Of a stretch of 42,904 bases of DNA, positions 1-9,255 are shown piece by piece. Location: positions 1 to 42,904 of the forward strand of contig JAAXTX010000006.1 in the NCBI GenBank assembly GCA_013336285.1. Direction: 5' to 3'. Positions within the stretch are counted from its first letter, which is position 1; each line of letters starts with the position of its first letter. A model generated the notes under the pieces. The model saw only the letters and a program-made list of their open reading frames with translations. It had not been told where the DNA came from and did not search any database. The DNA is from Candidatus Moraniibacteriota bacterium (GTDB lineage: Bacteria > Patescibacteriota > Minisyncoccia > Moranbacterales > UBA1568). A program made the position numbers and the translations under genes.

Positions 1-1
1 C

Positions 2-82
2 TACGTAAAAAATCAGGGGACTGAAAAGGAATACGTACAACTCCACCAGGACGCACTGACGTTGTTCGACTACATGCAATAG
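2..82 (+). mobile_element. tnpA: IS200/IS605-family transposase TnpA, C-terminal fragment (truncated by window start)
   Basis: Frame from nt 2 reads YVKNQGTEKEYVQLHQDALTLFDYMQ*; YxxxQ is the catalytic-tyrosine motif of Y1 transposases; followed by an IS200-type hairpin. Confidence 0.85.
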
Positions 83-93
83 CTGCGGCACGA

Positions 94-119
94 TACCCCG
101 TCAGCTCTGCTGCGGGGTA
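94..119 (+). repeat. IS200-type right-end subterminal hairpin
   Basis: TACCCCG-TCAGCTCTGCTG-CGGGGTA; near-identical to the hairpin at 42684-42704. Confidence 0.85.
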
Positions 120-334
120 GTTGATTGAAGCATTCCGGGATAAATAAATCGTCTTGCAGACCACTGTAAGACGTCATCCGTTGATTCGATGAGTTAACGC
201 TAATGATTTCTTCCGGTCCGTTGTCGGTCGTTCTCCGGTTCGTCCGATTATTGAGTTCGCGTGGCCGAGTTCGGTTGCGGCGGATTCTGTTTTCGCGGAT
301 TCGCCGTGTTCGCTGCGGGTTTTTCATTGTTTGA

Positions 335-580
335 CTAGAAGTTCGCGCGGTTCGGTCTTTCGGGAGGCGTGTTTATCCGTTCCCGTCGGTCGTTTCCACG
401 TTCATTGTGCCGAGTCGGCGGTCGATCCCGATATTGCAGGTACCGGTCGCCGTCGCGGTAACCGTCATGCATTCCGGGATGCCGGTACGGATGATCCGGT
501 ACGACGATCAGCTCATCACATGCCGATAATCCCAGAAGGCAGATGAAACCGACGGCCAGGGAGGTGAAAGATCTTTTCAT
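335..580 (-). CDS. Small putative lipoprotein with R/D/P-rich low-complexity tail
   Basis: MKR + hydrophobic stretch + lipobox LSAC; GGAG SD upstream. Confidence 0.65.
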   Translation of the reverse strand: MKRSFTSLAVGFICLLGLSACDELIVVPDHPYRHPGMHDGYRDGDRYLQYRDRPPTRHNERGNDRRERINTPPERPNRANF

Positions 581-730
581 GAATACTCCGGTATTATTTT
601 GGTTAGATTCTACTTGCGTTCAGCCTGCCTTTTGTACGGCCAATACGAGCTTTCGTCAAGCAAAGGATGCGGTGTCATACGGGCGGAAAACGGCGGCGTA
701 ATCGAAATACGTATTATTTGTGCTTCGGTC

Positions 731-764
731 AATAAAAAACGGCTGACGGTTTTGTCGTCAGCCG
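731..764 (-). terminator. Intrinsic terminator after the inositol monophosphatase-family gene
   Basis: CGGCTGACG/CGTCAGCCG stem with a U-tract on the minus strand. Confidence 0.7.
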
Positions 765-783
765 ATGTCAAAATTTCGTTTCC

Positions 784-1668
784 CTATCCTGAAATCTGGA
801 CGCTCATATGTTTTTCCAGTGACCTGATATGGTTCCTGTGAATGATGAGCGTCTCGTGTTCCCTGTAGTATTTCTCGTGAGAGAGAACGGGCTCGTATTC
901 AATCCAGCCGTCAGCGAGAGGTCTCAGAAAGACATAGCCGAGTTTTTTCGAAATGCCGATCACGGGAGTCGAATCCCATGGCGTTTCAGCGGAAGGAGGG
1001 ATGAGTAGCGCTCCCACTTCCTGTTTCCAGAGTCTTGCCGCCCACGTGCCGATGCTTCCACCGTCTATCGAAACCGACTTGAATCGGTCGATCGTTTTTC
1101 GGGCGATGTCGCTGTATTCATGCTCCCGGACGCGAAGTTGGATATACATGTTTCCTATATTCTTTCCCCGAGGCTTCCTGAGTCGCTCGCTTATCTCCAG
1201 GTCGGTGATTCTCCAGACTCTCGAAGAGCCCGGTCGGTAACCGAAAAGTTCCTGCGTATTCACGTCGCCGATGTATGCGGATTCGATGACGCCGTCTATT
1301 ACCAGTGCGATCATCGAACCGACCCCATGCGATTGGCGACGGATATACGCCCTCGTGCCGTCAATTGGATCGATAGTGAAGTAGGCGCGTACCCCATATT
1401 TTCCGAGGAACTGTAACGCATCCTCCTCACCGACGAGGCTGAATTTCGGAAAGCATTCCCGCAGGGACTTTACATAGGATTTCTGAGCTTCGGTGTCCGC
1501 ATTGGTCAGCACGTCGTCTTTCCTACCCCCGTAGCCTACCTTTTTTGTTACGTCGAAGGTCGTCATTCTTCTTCTGGCTATGACAACAGCTCTTCTGACT
1601 AGTTCCCGCAATATGAGACCGACGCTGGCGCCGTTCGGTTTAACGATGGCAAGTATCTTTCTGGCCAT
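784..1668 (-). CDS. Inositol monophosphatase (FIG/SuhB/CysQ superfamily) protein
   Basis: TxAD, GEE, IDPIDGT and WD motifs; start moved to 1668, behind a GGAGGG SD. Confidence 0.85.
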   Translation of the reverse strand: MARKILAIVKPNGASVGLILRELVRRAVVIARRRMTTFDVTKKVGYGGRKDDVLTNADTEAQKSYVKSLRECFPKFSLVGEEDALQFLGKYGVRAYFTIDPIDGTRAYIRRQSHGVGSMIALVIDGVIESAYIGDVNTQELFGYRPGSSRVWRITDLEISERLRKPRGKNIGNMYIQLRVREHEYSDIARKTIDRFKSVSIDGGSIGTWAARLWKQEVGALLIPPSAETPWDSTPVIGISKKLGYVFLRPLADGWIEYEPVLSHEKYYREHETLIIHRNHIRSLEKHMSVQISG

Positions 1669-1806
1669 GTATACCCTCCGCAAATGATTGTTAAGGATTC
1701 GATTCGTATACAATACACTTGAAATATTAAATTAAGTCAAGTAATCGTAACAAAAACACAAACCATGATGAGGCATGGCCGTGGGTAGCAGCTGTTGAAT
1801 CGGAAA

Positions 1807-2220
1807 TTATCGTTCCCGGTAAATTTCCTTTTTGGTGCCGTCGTCGGCTGTGACGGTGATGACGGTACGACCTGGAAGCGACGGGACGGTCGGAGTGACT
1901 GTCTTGTGCCTACCTTTCGGGATCGTCAGATCGCCGGTGTCTAGAATATCCTTGTCATGCGTGAAGGTATACGTGAAACGCGTAGCGGAAGAGTGGTTTT
2001 CCACGGTGAAACGGGACGAGTCCGGATCGCGTGTCTCGAAAGAAAGGACCCACCAGTTTTTCCCGTAGTTCGGATCGAGTCCGCGATCGATTCGGAAAAA
2101 GAGGACGCCGGAAGCAATGGCGAAAAATAAAAGGATGACAAAGACCGGATATCGTTCGCCGGCCACGTATCGCACGAGTCGCGTAAATGAATCGTCCTCG
2201 CGTTTATTTGTCGCGCTCAT
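1807..2220 (-). CDS. Hypothetical single-TM protein with beta-rich extracytoplasmic domain
   Basis: TM segment (PVFVILLFFAIASGVLFF); start overlaps the end of the upstream 657-aa gene. Confidence 0.7.
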   Translation of the reverse strand: MSATNKREDDSFTRLVRYVAGERYPVFVILLFFAIASGVLFFRIDRGLDPNYGKNWWVLSFETRDPDSSRFTVENHSSATRFTYTFTHDKDILDTGDLTIPKGRHKTVTPTVPSLPGRTVITVTADDGTKKEIYRER

Positions 2221-4177
2221 AGAGTTGTATGGTCGATCCGGCATATATTCTCGAGAAGTCATGGGATTTTTCGAACTGCGTGGCATCGAACGCGGGATTG
2301 ATCCCGAGCAGGTTTACGTTCAGGTCTTCATAGCATTTGCGTCCTTCCGGAAGATTCGGGACGGAAATCATGCGGAGCGTGCACTGTTCACGGGGATTAG
2401 CCTCATCCGTGTATCGTTTGAAATAACCTCGGGAAAGCGGGTATGCGTAGTCGCGCATAAAGAAGAGTTTCATCCAGGCGTCGGCGGCGAGGTAGTTGTG
2501 GTCTTTCAGAAAAAGGTCGTCCGGGAGGGACCGGTCCGCTAGATATCGCGATGCATGGAAAACCTCAACCGTTTCCTGCGCCTTACCCGCGGATGACAGC
2601 GACGATTGGTTGTCATGTGAACCGTTCCAGGTAGAGAAAGCGAACAGAACGAGTGCGGCGAACAGGAACGTTCCGCCGGGGAGCAGCACGCCGTCGTTCT
2701 TTACGTCGGATTTTCTGAAAAGGGCGGGAAAGGCTGCAAGGAACAATCCCGCAAGGACGGAGAACGGGAACGAGACGTAGTTTCCGATCCTGTTGGAAGG
2801 AATATCGAGAAATACCCAATTCGGATGAAGCGTGATGAGCAGGAGCGTGAAACCCCATCCGAACAGGAAAGGGAATGCCTGTGAGCGTCGTATCGGACGG
2901 ATGGCGGCGATGAGTAGAAGCGCGGCGATGCCGATGGACATACGCGCACTGCCGGCCGAATCTGATACCTGAAAGAAAGAAAGGCCGGTTCGGGTCGCTT
3001 TTGAAGGTGTACCGACCGCGGTTGTGACGGCATTCGTGGCGATGTAGGTTGGTAATGAGACGAACGTCATGAACGTAGCCGTGAAAGCAAGCATGAGAAT
3101 CGGGTATGGCGAGAGAAACAGCTTTCCTATCCGTTTGCCCAGGCCGGGAAGGTCCCTGAATGAGACGGCGATAAGGGTGAGAATGATGCCGGCCAGGATG
3201 AAGACAAGAATGAAAGTCGAGAGATGGTGAGTATATGCGAGTATGAACGAAAGCAATATCCCGAGACCGAGGAATCGGGAGTCCTCTTCCGTGAAGGCTC
3301 GAAAAAAGGCAAGTATGACGAGCGGTATCGCTAGATCGCCGATAAGATTTCCGACCACTCCTCCGGATACGAACTTCGCTTCCGGTGAAGAGAAAGCGAA
3401 TAATGGTCCTGCAAACAGAAGGACGGCTAAGCCGACGGAGACAGGCGAAATCGACTGATGCGGAAAAAAGCGCGTAGCCAGTCGGATTGCGAGTGTGAAT
3501 AGTGAGATGATCGAAAGAATGTCGATGAGAAGGAGGAAAGACACGGGAAAGGCAGAGATGAAAGAGGCTCCTGAGAGTTTGGCAACGGCAGCGAACGGGA
3601 GATGTTCCCCGATGATGAAATCCGAAATGGGTTCGGGGGAGGAGAGCGTGGAATGTCCGTCTTCTGTCTCGACGATTTCCCGCTTGGAATAATCGGGAAG
3701 ACGTCCGGTATCGACAATGATCTTGGCCCAGTATGAATGGTGGCCGAGGTCTGTTCCGGTCGGGAGACCGGCATCCGCGAGGAATATCGTTTTTAGGAAA
3801 ATCGTGAGTCCTATGAGGAGGACGAAAAGTTTGCGCTCGATCGGGGAGAATCGGACCGGATCATGGGGCATGTCTTCCCGCGTCACCGATTTGCTGACCG
3901 TTTTTCCGGAAGCGAAACGTTCAAATCCGAGACGAAGGATACATGCCGCGAGTGGTATCGCGATGAAGGAGGAAAATACGATGGGTGCCGAAAGGACAAC
4001 CCCGGATTCGCCAAGAAAGATCATCGAGAAATCGAGTGAACCGACTCCTATCATGAACGAAAAAACGAATCTCTCGAGAGTGGAGAGTCGGAAGTTTTTT
4101 CCGAACAGTCCCAGGAGGAGGAAATGTCCGGAAAGGGGTATGAGGAGCGTGACGAGAAGAAAGAGCAAAAAAGGCAT
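2204..4177 (-). CDS. Polytopic membrane protein, GT-C-superfamily-like glycosyltransferase candidate
   Basis: Many TM helices, D-x-x-H-H motif (GTDLGHH) in an early loop, soluble C-terminal domain; divergently adjacent to a glycan locus. Confidence 0.6.
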   Translation of the reverse strand: MPFLLFLLVTLLIPLSGHFLLLGLFGKNFRLSTLERFVFSFMIGVGSLDFSMIFLGESGVVLSAPIVFSSFIAIPLAACILRLGFERFASGKTVSKSVTREDMPHDPVRFSPIERKLFVLLIGLTIFLKTIFLADAGLPTGTDLGHHSYWAKIIVDTGRLPDYSKREIVETEDGHSTLSSPEPISDFIIGEHLPFAAVAKLSGASFISAFPVSFLLLIDILSIISLFTLAIRLATRFFPHQSISPVSVGLAVLLFAGPLFAFSSPEAKFVSGGVVGNLIGDLAIPLVILAFFRAFTEEDSRFLGLGILLSFILAYTHHLSTFILVFILAGIILTLIAVSFRDLPGLGKRIGKLFLSPYPILMLAFTATFMTFVSLPTYIATNAVTTAVGTPSKATRTGLSFFQVSDSAGSARMSIGIAALLLIAAIRPIRRSQAFPFLFGWGFTLLLITLHPNWVFLDIPSNRIGNYVSFPFSVLAGLFLAAFPALFRKSDVKNDGVLLPGGTFLFAALVLFAFSTWNGSHDNQSSLSSAGKAQETVEVFHASRYLADRSLPDDLFLKDHNYLAADAWMKLFFMRDYAYPLSRGYFKRYTDEANPREQCTLRMISVPNLPEGRKCYEDLNVNLLGINPAFDATQFEKSHDFSRIYAGSTIQLYERDK

Positions 4178-4184
4178 AGCGCAA

Positions 4185-4430
4185 TCATTTTTTCGCCTGT
4201 TTCCGAATGAGTATCCCCGGATCGATACAGTTCCACTTGCAGTCTTTCTCGACGCCCTGGACCCCTTTGAGAATTACGGTCCTACGGCAGTCGGACAGCA
4301 TTCTGTCACATTGGGCTTTTTGTTGGGAAAAATATGCCCAATTCGGCTCATACCCGAAATATCGGAGCCCGAAGACGGTCAATGTCAGAATCCCGGCGAT
4401 CCAGATGGCAAGTCGGATAACATGAAACAT
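4185..4430 (-). CDS. Small membrane-anchored protein with four Cys
   Basis: GAGGAAGG SD; N-terminal TM; C-x6-C and C-x3-C; ends 7 nt before the next gene. Confidence 0.65.
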   Translation of the reverse strand: MFHVIRLAIWIAGILTLTVFGLRYFGYEPNWAYFSQQKAQCDRMLSDCRRTVILKGVQGVEKDCKWNCIDPGILIRKQAKK

Positions 4431-4575
4431 AAGGGTATTTTCCTTCCTCAATAATAGCACACAAGCCCGGGTGAGGCACGGTTCACGCGTCAGACTCCTT
4501 GCTTTTTCGGACTGGAGTCGTATCATGACAGAGAACGGCATTAACGGCCGTATTGGTAATTTTTTTCAATGCTGT

Positions 4576-5910
4576 ATGAAAACCGAAGGAAAAACTGAAT
4601 CCAAGAGTGATAAGACCGCAAAGAAGGAAACGGTAGCGGTGATGGGTCTCGGATATGTCGGACTGCCGCTTGCGCTCCTGTCGCGGGAGAGCGGTTACGA
4701 GGTCATAGGATTCGATGTCAATGAGAAGCTTGTCGACAAGATAAATCGCGGCATCTGCCCGATTCCGGATGATGAGAAAGTCGTGAGTAAATTCAAGGAA
4801 AATCGGTTCGTAGCGACTACCGATCCGAAAGAACTCAGGAGAGCTGACATCATCCTGATAGCGGTGCCGACGCCGGTAGACGAGATGCAGAATCCGGTCT
4901 ATGACTATGTTGTCGGGGCCGCGACGTTTGCGGCGGAGAATCTTAAGAAAGGAGCACTGGTCGTTCTTGAGTCGACGGTGAATCCGGGTGCCTGCGAGGA
5001 AGTGGTTTTGCCGATTTTCGAAGGACGCGGCATAAAGGTCGGCCGTGATGTCGAGATCGCGCACTCACCGGAACGTATCGATCCCGGAAAGTCCGTCTTC
5101 AGCGCGGGATGGCATATCGGTAATACGCCACGCGTCGTCGGGTCGTTCACGAAACAGGGAACGAAACAGGCACTCGGTTTCTACCGTTCCATCATCGACG
5201 CTGAAGTGCGGCCGATGAAATCCATCCGTGAGGCGGAAGCAGTCAAGATTCTCGAGAATACGTTCCGCGATATCAATATCGCTTTCATCAATGAGATTGC
5301 CCAATGTTTCGATCTCCTCGATATCGACGTGCTCGACGTCATCGAGGGTGCGAAAACCAAGCCGTACTCGTTCATGGCGCACTATCCGTCCTGCGGGGTT
5401 GGTGGCCACTGTATCCCGGTAGATCCGTATTATCTGATTGAACAGGCGCAGAAGGCCGGATTCGATCATAAGTTCATGCGCCGCGCCCGCGAGGTGAACA
5501 ACTTCATGCCCGAATATACGGTCGAGCGGATGCAAGACGCGCTCAACTCGATCAAGCGTCCGATGAAGGGCGAGAAGATCGGCGTCATGGGACTCGCATA
5601 CAAGGCGAATGTCGACGACCTCCGTGAATCGCCGTCGAAGAAGATCATCAAGCATCTGAAACATCATGAAGCTGATGTCATCACCTTCGATCCCCATATC
5701 CCGGCGAAGAGCGACGTGAAGACGCTCGAGGCGTTTCTCAAGAAGGTCGACCATATCTTGCTCACCGTGAATCATGACGCGTTCCTTGAGATTGATCCGG
5801 CGACGTTCAAAAAGTACGGCATTAAGGTCATCATCGACGGAAAGAACTGTCTCGACAAGGAGGCTATCAAGAAACAAGGGATCGTCTACCGCGGCATCGG
5901 ACGCCGCTAA
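4576..5910 (+). CDS. Nucleotide-sugar dehydrogenase (UDP-GlcNAc/ManNAc 6-dehydrogenase, WbpA/WecC/TviB type)
   Basis: GLGYVG Rossmann motif, AVPTP, LESTV, SPERIDPG, GVGGHCIPVDP, GLAYKANVDDLRESP. Confidence 0.93.
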   Translation: MKTEGKTESKSDKTAKKETVAVMGLGYVGLPLALLSRESGYEVIGFDVNEKLVDKINRGICPIPDDEKVVSKFKENRFVATTDPKELRRADIILIAVPTPVDEMQNPVYDYVVGAATFAAENLKKGALVVLESTVNPGACEEVVLPIFEGRGIKVGRDVEIAHSPERIDPGKSVFSAGWHIGNTPRVVGSFTKQGTKQALGFYRSIIDAEVRPMKSIREAEAVKILENTFRDINIAFINEIAQCFDLLDIDVLDVIEGAKTKPYSFMAHYPSCGVGGHCIPVDPYYLIEQAQKAGFDHKFMRRAREVNNFMPEYTVERMQDALNSIKRPMKGEKIGVMGLAYKANVDDLRESPSKKIIKHLKHHEADVITFDPHIPAKSDVKTLEAFLKKVDHILLTVNHDAFLEIDPATFKKYGIKVIIDGKNCLDKEAIKKQGIVYRGIGRR

Positions 5911-5929
5911 CGTCCGTTATCCCGACTTC

Positions 5930-5959
5930 GGAAAACCTCGGCATTCGCCGGGGTTTTCC
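5930..5959 (+). terminator. Hairpin/terminator after the dehydrogenase
   Basis: GGAAAACCTCGGC-ATTC-GCCGGGGTTTTCC. Confidence 0.6.
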
Positions 5960-5995
5960 TGTACAAAGCGGGGATTCGGGTATATCCTGAAGGGG

Positions 5996-6940
5996 ATGAA
6001 AACGGTAACCACTAAGCGGCAGACTATGAAACTGATCGTGAACATGCCGGGGTACAACGAAGAAGAGAAGATCGCCGAGACCATCCGTCGTGTCCCCCGA
6101 AAGATCGAGGGTATCGACGAAGTCCTGGTTCAGGTCGTCGATGATGGATCGAAGGACCGGACCGTCGAAGAAGCGAAGAAAGGCGGAGCGGATATCATCA
6201 TTTCCCATGACGGAAACCGCGGTCTCGGGGTCATGTTCCGTACCATGCGTCAGAGCGCGATCGACAATAAGGCCGATATCCTTGTAAACATAGACGCCGA
6301 CGGTCAGTTTGACCCGGAGGATATCAGGCAGATCATCCGTCCTATCCTGGAACATAAGGCGGACATCGTCATCGCTGATCGCTTCTCCCGTTCCACGGCT
6401 AAGAACATACCGTTTCTCAAAGACAAGCTCAATCGTCTCGGGGCGTGGCTCGTGGCCCGGGCGACGGGCAAGCCGGTAGTGGATCTCACTTGCGGATTCC
6501 GTGCGCATAATCGTGAAGCCATCCTGCGCCTGTCTGATCCGACCGGATTCACCTATACCCAAGAGACCATTATCGATGCTATCGGTAAGAATCTCAAACT
6601 CACATGGATTCCGGTCGTTGTCACATATCATGAGGGACGTAAGTCCCGAGTGGTCAAGACGATCTGGACCTACGTGGCTTCCAGCGCCCGGATCATGGTC
6701 CGCGCGTTCCGTGATATCCAGCCGATGAAGTTCTTTTCCGTTCCGGGTCTCGTCTTCATGACGGCGGCAGTGGTCTGGGTCGTGATTCTGAGCGGACGAT
6801 ACCCGTTGACCACACTCGGATTTTTCCTGGTCGGCATCCAGTTCCTGGTTTTCGGTCTCATCGCCGATATGATCAAATCCAGCCGTGCCTTGAACGAGGA
6901 AATCCTGTACCGCCTTCGCAAACAGGATATCGAACGTTGA
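5996..6940 (+). CDS. GT2 glycosyltransferase, DPM1/ArnC/GtrB-like (polyprenyl-phosphate glycosyltransferase), two C-terminal TM helices
   Basis: PGYNEE, VDDGSKD, DADGQ, DLTCGFRA; start 5996 or 6026. Confidence 0.9.
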   Translation: MKTVTTKRQTMKLIVNMPGYNEEEKIAETIRRVPRKIEGIDEVLVQVVDDGSKDRTVEEAKKGGADIIISHDGNRGLGVMFRTMRQSAIDNKADILVNIDADGQFDPEDIRQIIRPILEHKADIVIADRFSRSTAKNIPFLKDKLNRLGAWLVARATGKPVVDLTCGFRAHNREAILRLSDPTGFTYTQETIIDAIGKNLKLTWIPVVVTYHEGRKSRVVKTIWTYVASSARIMVRAFRDIQPMKFFSVPGLVFMTAAVVWVVILSGRYPLTTLGFFLVGIQFLVFGLIADMIKSSRALNEEILYRLRKQDIER

Positions 6941-7030
6941 ACGGTATAACGATCGCGGTATCTGGACCCGGACGGACGCCCATCGGGTGTCCGTCACGGC
7001 ATACCGGGACCGGTTCGATAAGATCACCCT

Positions 7031-8131
7031 ATGAAGATCCTCTTCGTATCACGTGCATACCCGCCGATTATGGGCGGTATTGAACGGCAGAACTTCGAAC
7101 TGGCGCAATCCTTGGGACGAGTCGCGGACGTCACGATAGTGGCGAACACGAAAGGCAAGAAGTTTCTTCCGTTGTTCCTGCCGTATGCGATGTTCCGTAT
7201 CATTTGGGATTTGTCGCGGCACGACGTAGTGCTACTTGGTGATGGCGTATTGGCGCCGCTTGGCGCCGTCGCACGCATCATCATGCCGAAGAAGCGTGTC
7301 TTCGCGGTCATCCACGGACTCGATGTCACGTTTTGTCAGAAGAAATCGCTCATGGGACGCGTATATCGCGCGGTCAATATCCCGTCGCTCCGTCGACTGG
7401 ATCGACTTATCATGGTTGGTCGCCATACGATCGACGAGGCGGTCAAAGTCGGCGTGGATCGTGAACGGTGCACGTTCATCCCGAATGGCCTTTATCCTGA
7501 CGAGATCCGTGAGCCGCACACCCGAAAGGAACTCGCTGAACTGATCGACATGGATCTCGGCGGTAAGAAAGTCATACTGCGAGTAGGCCGTTTCGTGCCT
7601 CACAAAGGGACGGCATGGTTCATCGACAAGGTTATGCCGCTTCTGTCGCAGGAATATGTCCTGGTCGCTGCGGGCGGACGAAACCGTACGACCGTAGGGG
7701 ATCGCGACGCGTACACGGATGCCGAAGATGCGATAAATCGGAACGGTCTGGTCGATCGCGTCCGGCTTCTGACAAATCGTCCCTGGAGCGATATGAAGAT
7801 TCTCTTCAATGCCGCGGATGCCTACGTATCACCTAATATCGACATCGCCGGTTCGATGGAAGGCTTCGGAATAAACGCGATCGAAGCCGCCGCCTGCGAG
7901 CGGGTCGTCGTTTGTTCGGACTTTCAAGGACTCAAGGATGCCATCCACGACGGTGAGAACGGCTTCATGGTTCCGCAAGGTGACGAACAGGCATGGGCGG
8001 ATAAGCTGCGATCGGTTTTTGCTGACGGTTTCGACCGCGTTACATTCGGTGAAAATGCGCGTGCCTATACCGTCGAACACTTCGCTTGGGACGGTATCGC
8101 GAAACGGTATATGGATGTCATCTCGAAATAA
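7031..8131 (+). CDS. GT4 (GT-B) glycosyltransferase
   Basis: YPPxxGG, HGLD, VGRFVPHKG, EGFGINAIEA. Confidence 0.92.
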   Translation: MKILFVSRAYPPIMGGIERQNFELAQSLGRVADVTIVANTKGKKFLPLFLPYAMFRIIWDLSRHDVVLLGDGVLAPLGAVARIIMPKKRVFAVIHGLDVTFCQKKSLMGRVYRAVNIPSLRRLDRLIMVGRHTIDEAVKVGVDRERCTFIPNGLYPDEIREPHTRKELAELIDMDLGGKKVILRVGRFVPHKGTAWFIDKVMPLLSQEYVLVAAGGRNRTTVGDRDAYTDAEDAINRNGLVDRVRLLTNRPWSDMKILFNAADAYVSPNIDIAGSMEGFGINAIEAAACERVVVCSDFQGLKDAIHDGENGFMVPQGDEQAWADKLRSVFADGFDRVTFGENARAYTVEHFAWDGIAKRYMDVISK

Positions 8132-8142
8132 GCCGACCTGAT

Positions 8143-9051
8143 ATGTGGATACCGCTCGCATTACTTGCCGCCTTTTCGCAGTCTTTCGAGTCGGCCATAA
8201 AGAAAAAATCCCTCCAGGTTTCGGGGATGAATACGGTTATCGGTGCCGTCTCTTTTATGGTGGCGGGATTCGCGTTTTTTATCATCATGCTCGCGCAGAC
8301 GGGTAAACCGTGGTATCCGGATCTTTCGGTCCGTTTTTGGGAGGGGATGTTCTGGTATGCCGGCCTCAATATCGTCGCTTCCTGGTACGGATATAAGGCG
8401 CTGGATATTGCCGAGTTCGCGTTTCTCGCACCGTTCATAGCACTCACCAGTCTGACCATGGTCATTCCGCCGATATTCGTCCTTGGTGAGGTCCCCAGTC
8501 CCGCGTCACTTATCGGCATCGCGTTCATCGCCATCGGATCGGTAGTCATGACCTATCAACGGAAAAGTAAGGAAGACATGAGCGAAAGCGAGTTGGAACG
8601 CCATCGGAACAACCGGAAGGGACTTCTTTTTTTTCTGATCACTGCGGCATGCTTTACGTTTACGCCGACCGCGACCAAGGTGACCGTTCAGGAAAGTTCA
8701 CCGATGTTCGCCTCGTTTCTTGTCCATACCCTCATCGGCGTCGGTTTTCTCGTCATGACGTTCGTCGTTCGCAGGACGGATAAGCTGATTTCGGTATTTA
8801 CGGATTCCGCGAAACGTAAGTTCCTGCTCGCGATCGTGGTCATGGGACTGCTGACATTTCTCGAGAACGGCAGCATCAGCACGGCCATGACCATGGCATC
8901 GGTTTCGACGGTTATGGCCATGAAGCGAACAGCCCCGCTTTTTTCCTTTCTTATCGGAATGTACTATTTCAAGGAGCGTACCGAAATTCGAAAAAAAATG
9001 ATCGGAACGTTGCTTATGGTTGCCGGTGCAGTGCTTGTGACGGCTCTATAG
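8143..9051 (+). CDS. EamA/DMT-family transporter
   Basis: Two 5-TM repeats ending in LGE and FKE signatures. Confidence 0.85.
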   Translation: MWIPLALLAAFSQSFESAIKKKSLQVSGMNTVIGAVSFMVAGFAFFIIMLAQTGKPWYPDLSVRFWEGMFWYAGLNIVASWYGYKALDIAEFAFLAPFIALTSLTMVIPPIFVLGEVPSPASLIGIAFIAIGSVVMTYQRKSKEDMSESELERHRNNRKGLLFFLITAACFTFTPTATKVTVQESSPMFASFLVHTLIGVGFLVMTFVVRRTDKLISVFTDSAKRKFLLAIVVMGLLTFLENGSISTAMTMASVSTVMAMKRTAPLFSFLIGMYYFKERTEIRKKMIGTLLMVAGAVLVTAL

Positions 9052-9170
9052 CGGCACTTCGAATGCATGTAACCTTTTTATGGCTCTGCGGCGAGACAGA
9101 TCGTAACCATAAGGTGCGAAGCCTGTCGTTTTATATCGGTCGTTACCGTAGGGATCGATTGTCGTTATGA

Positions 9171-9199
9171 TTGACAGCACCGCCGTTTCATGCTATCTG
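9171..9199 (+). promoter_or_regulatory. Putative sigma70 promoter
   Basis: TTGACA-17-(TGc)TATCTG; imperfect -10; GAGGGG SD at 9241. Confidence 0.5.
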
Positions 9200-9255
9200 T
9201 ATAGCGTCGGGAAGCTATCATTAACAATATTAAACGATAAGAGGGGAATATAATA

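Noticed and set aside
70-327. 85-aa Arg-rich ORF
   Set aside because: Runs across the IS end on the opposite strand; better explained as an off-frame reading of the lipoprotein tail.
9052-9170. Weak stem (ACCTT..TATGG/CCATAAGGT) after the EamA gene
   Set aside because: Short, irregular pairing compatible with chance.
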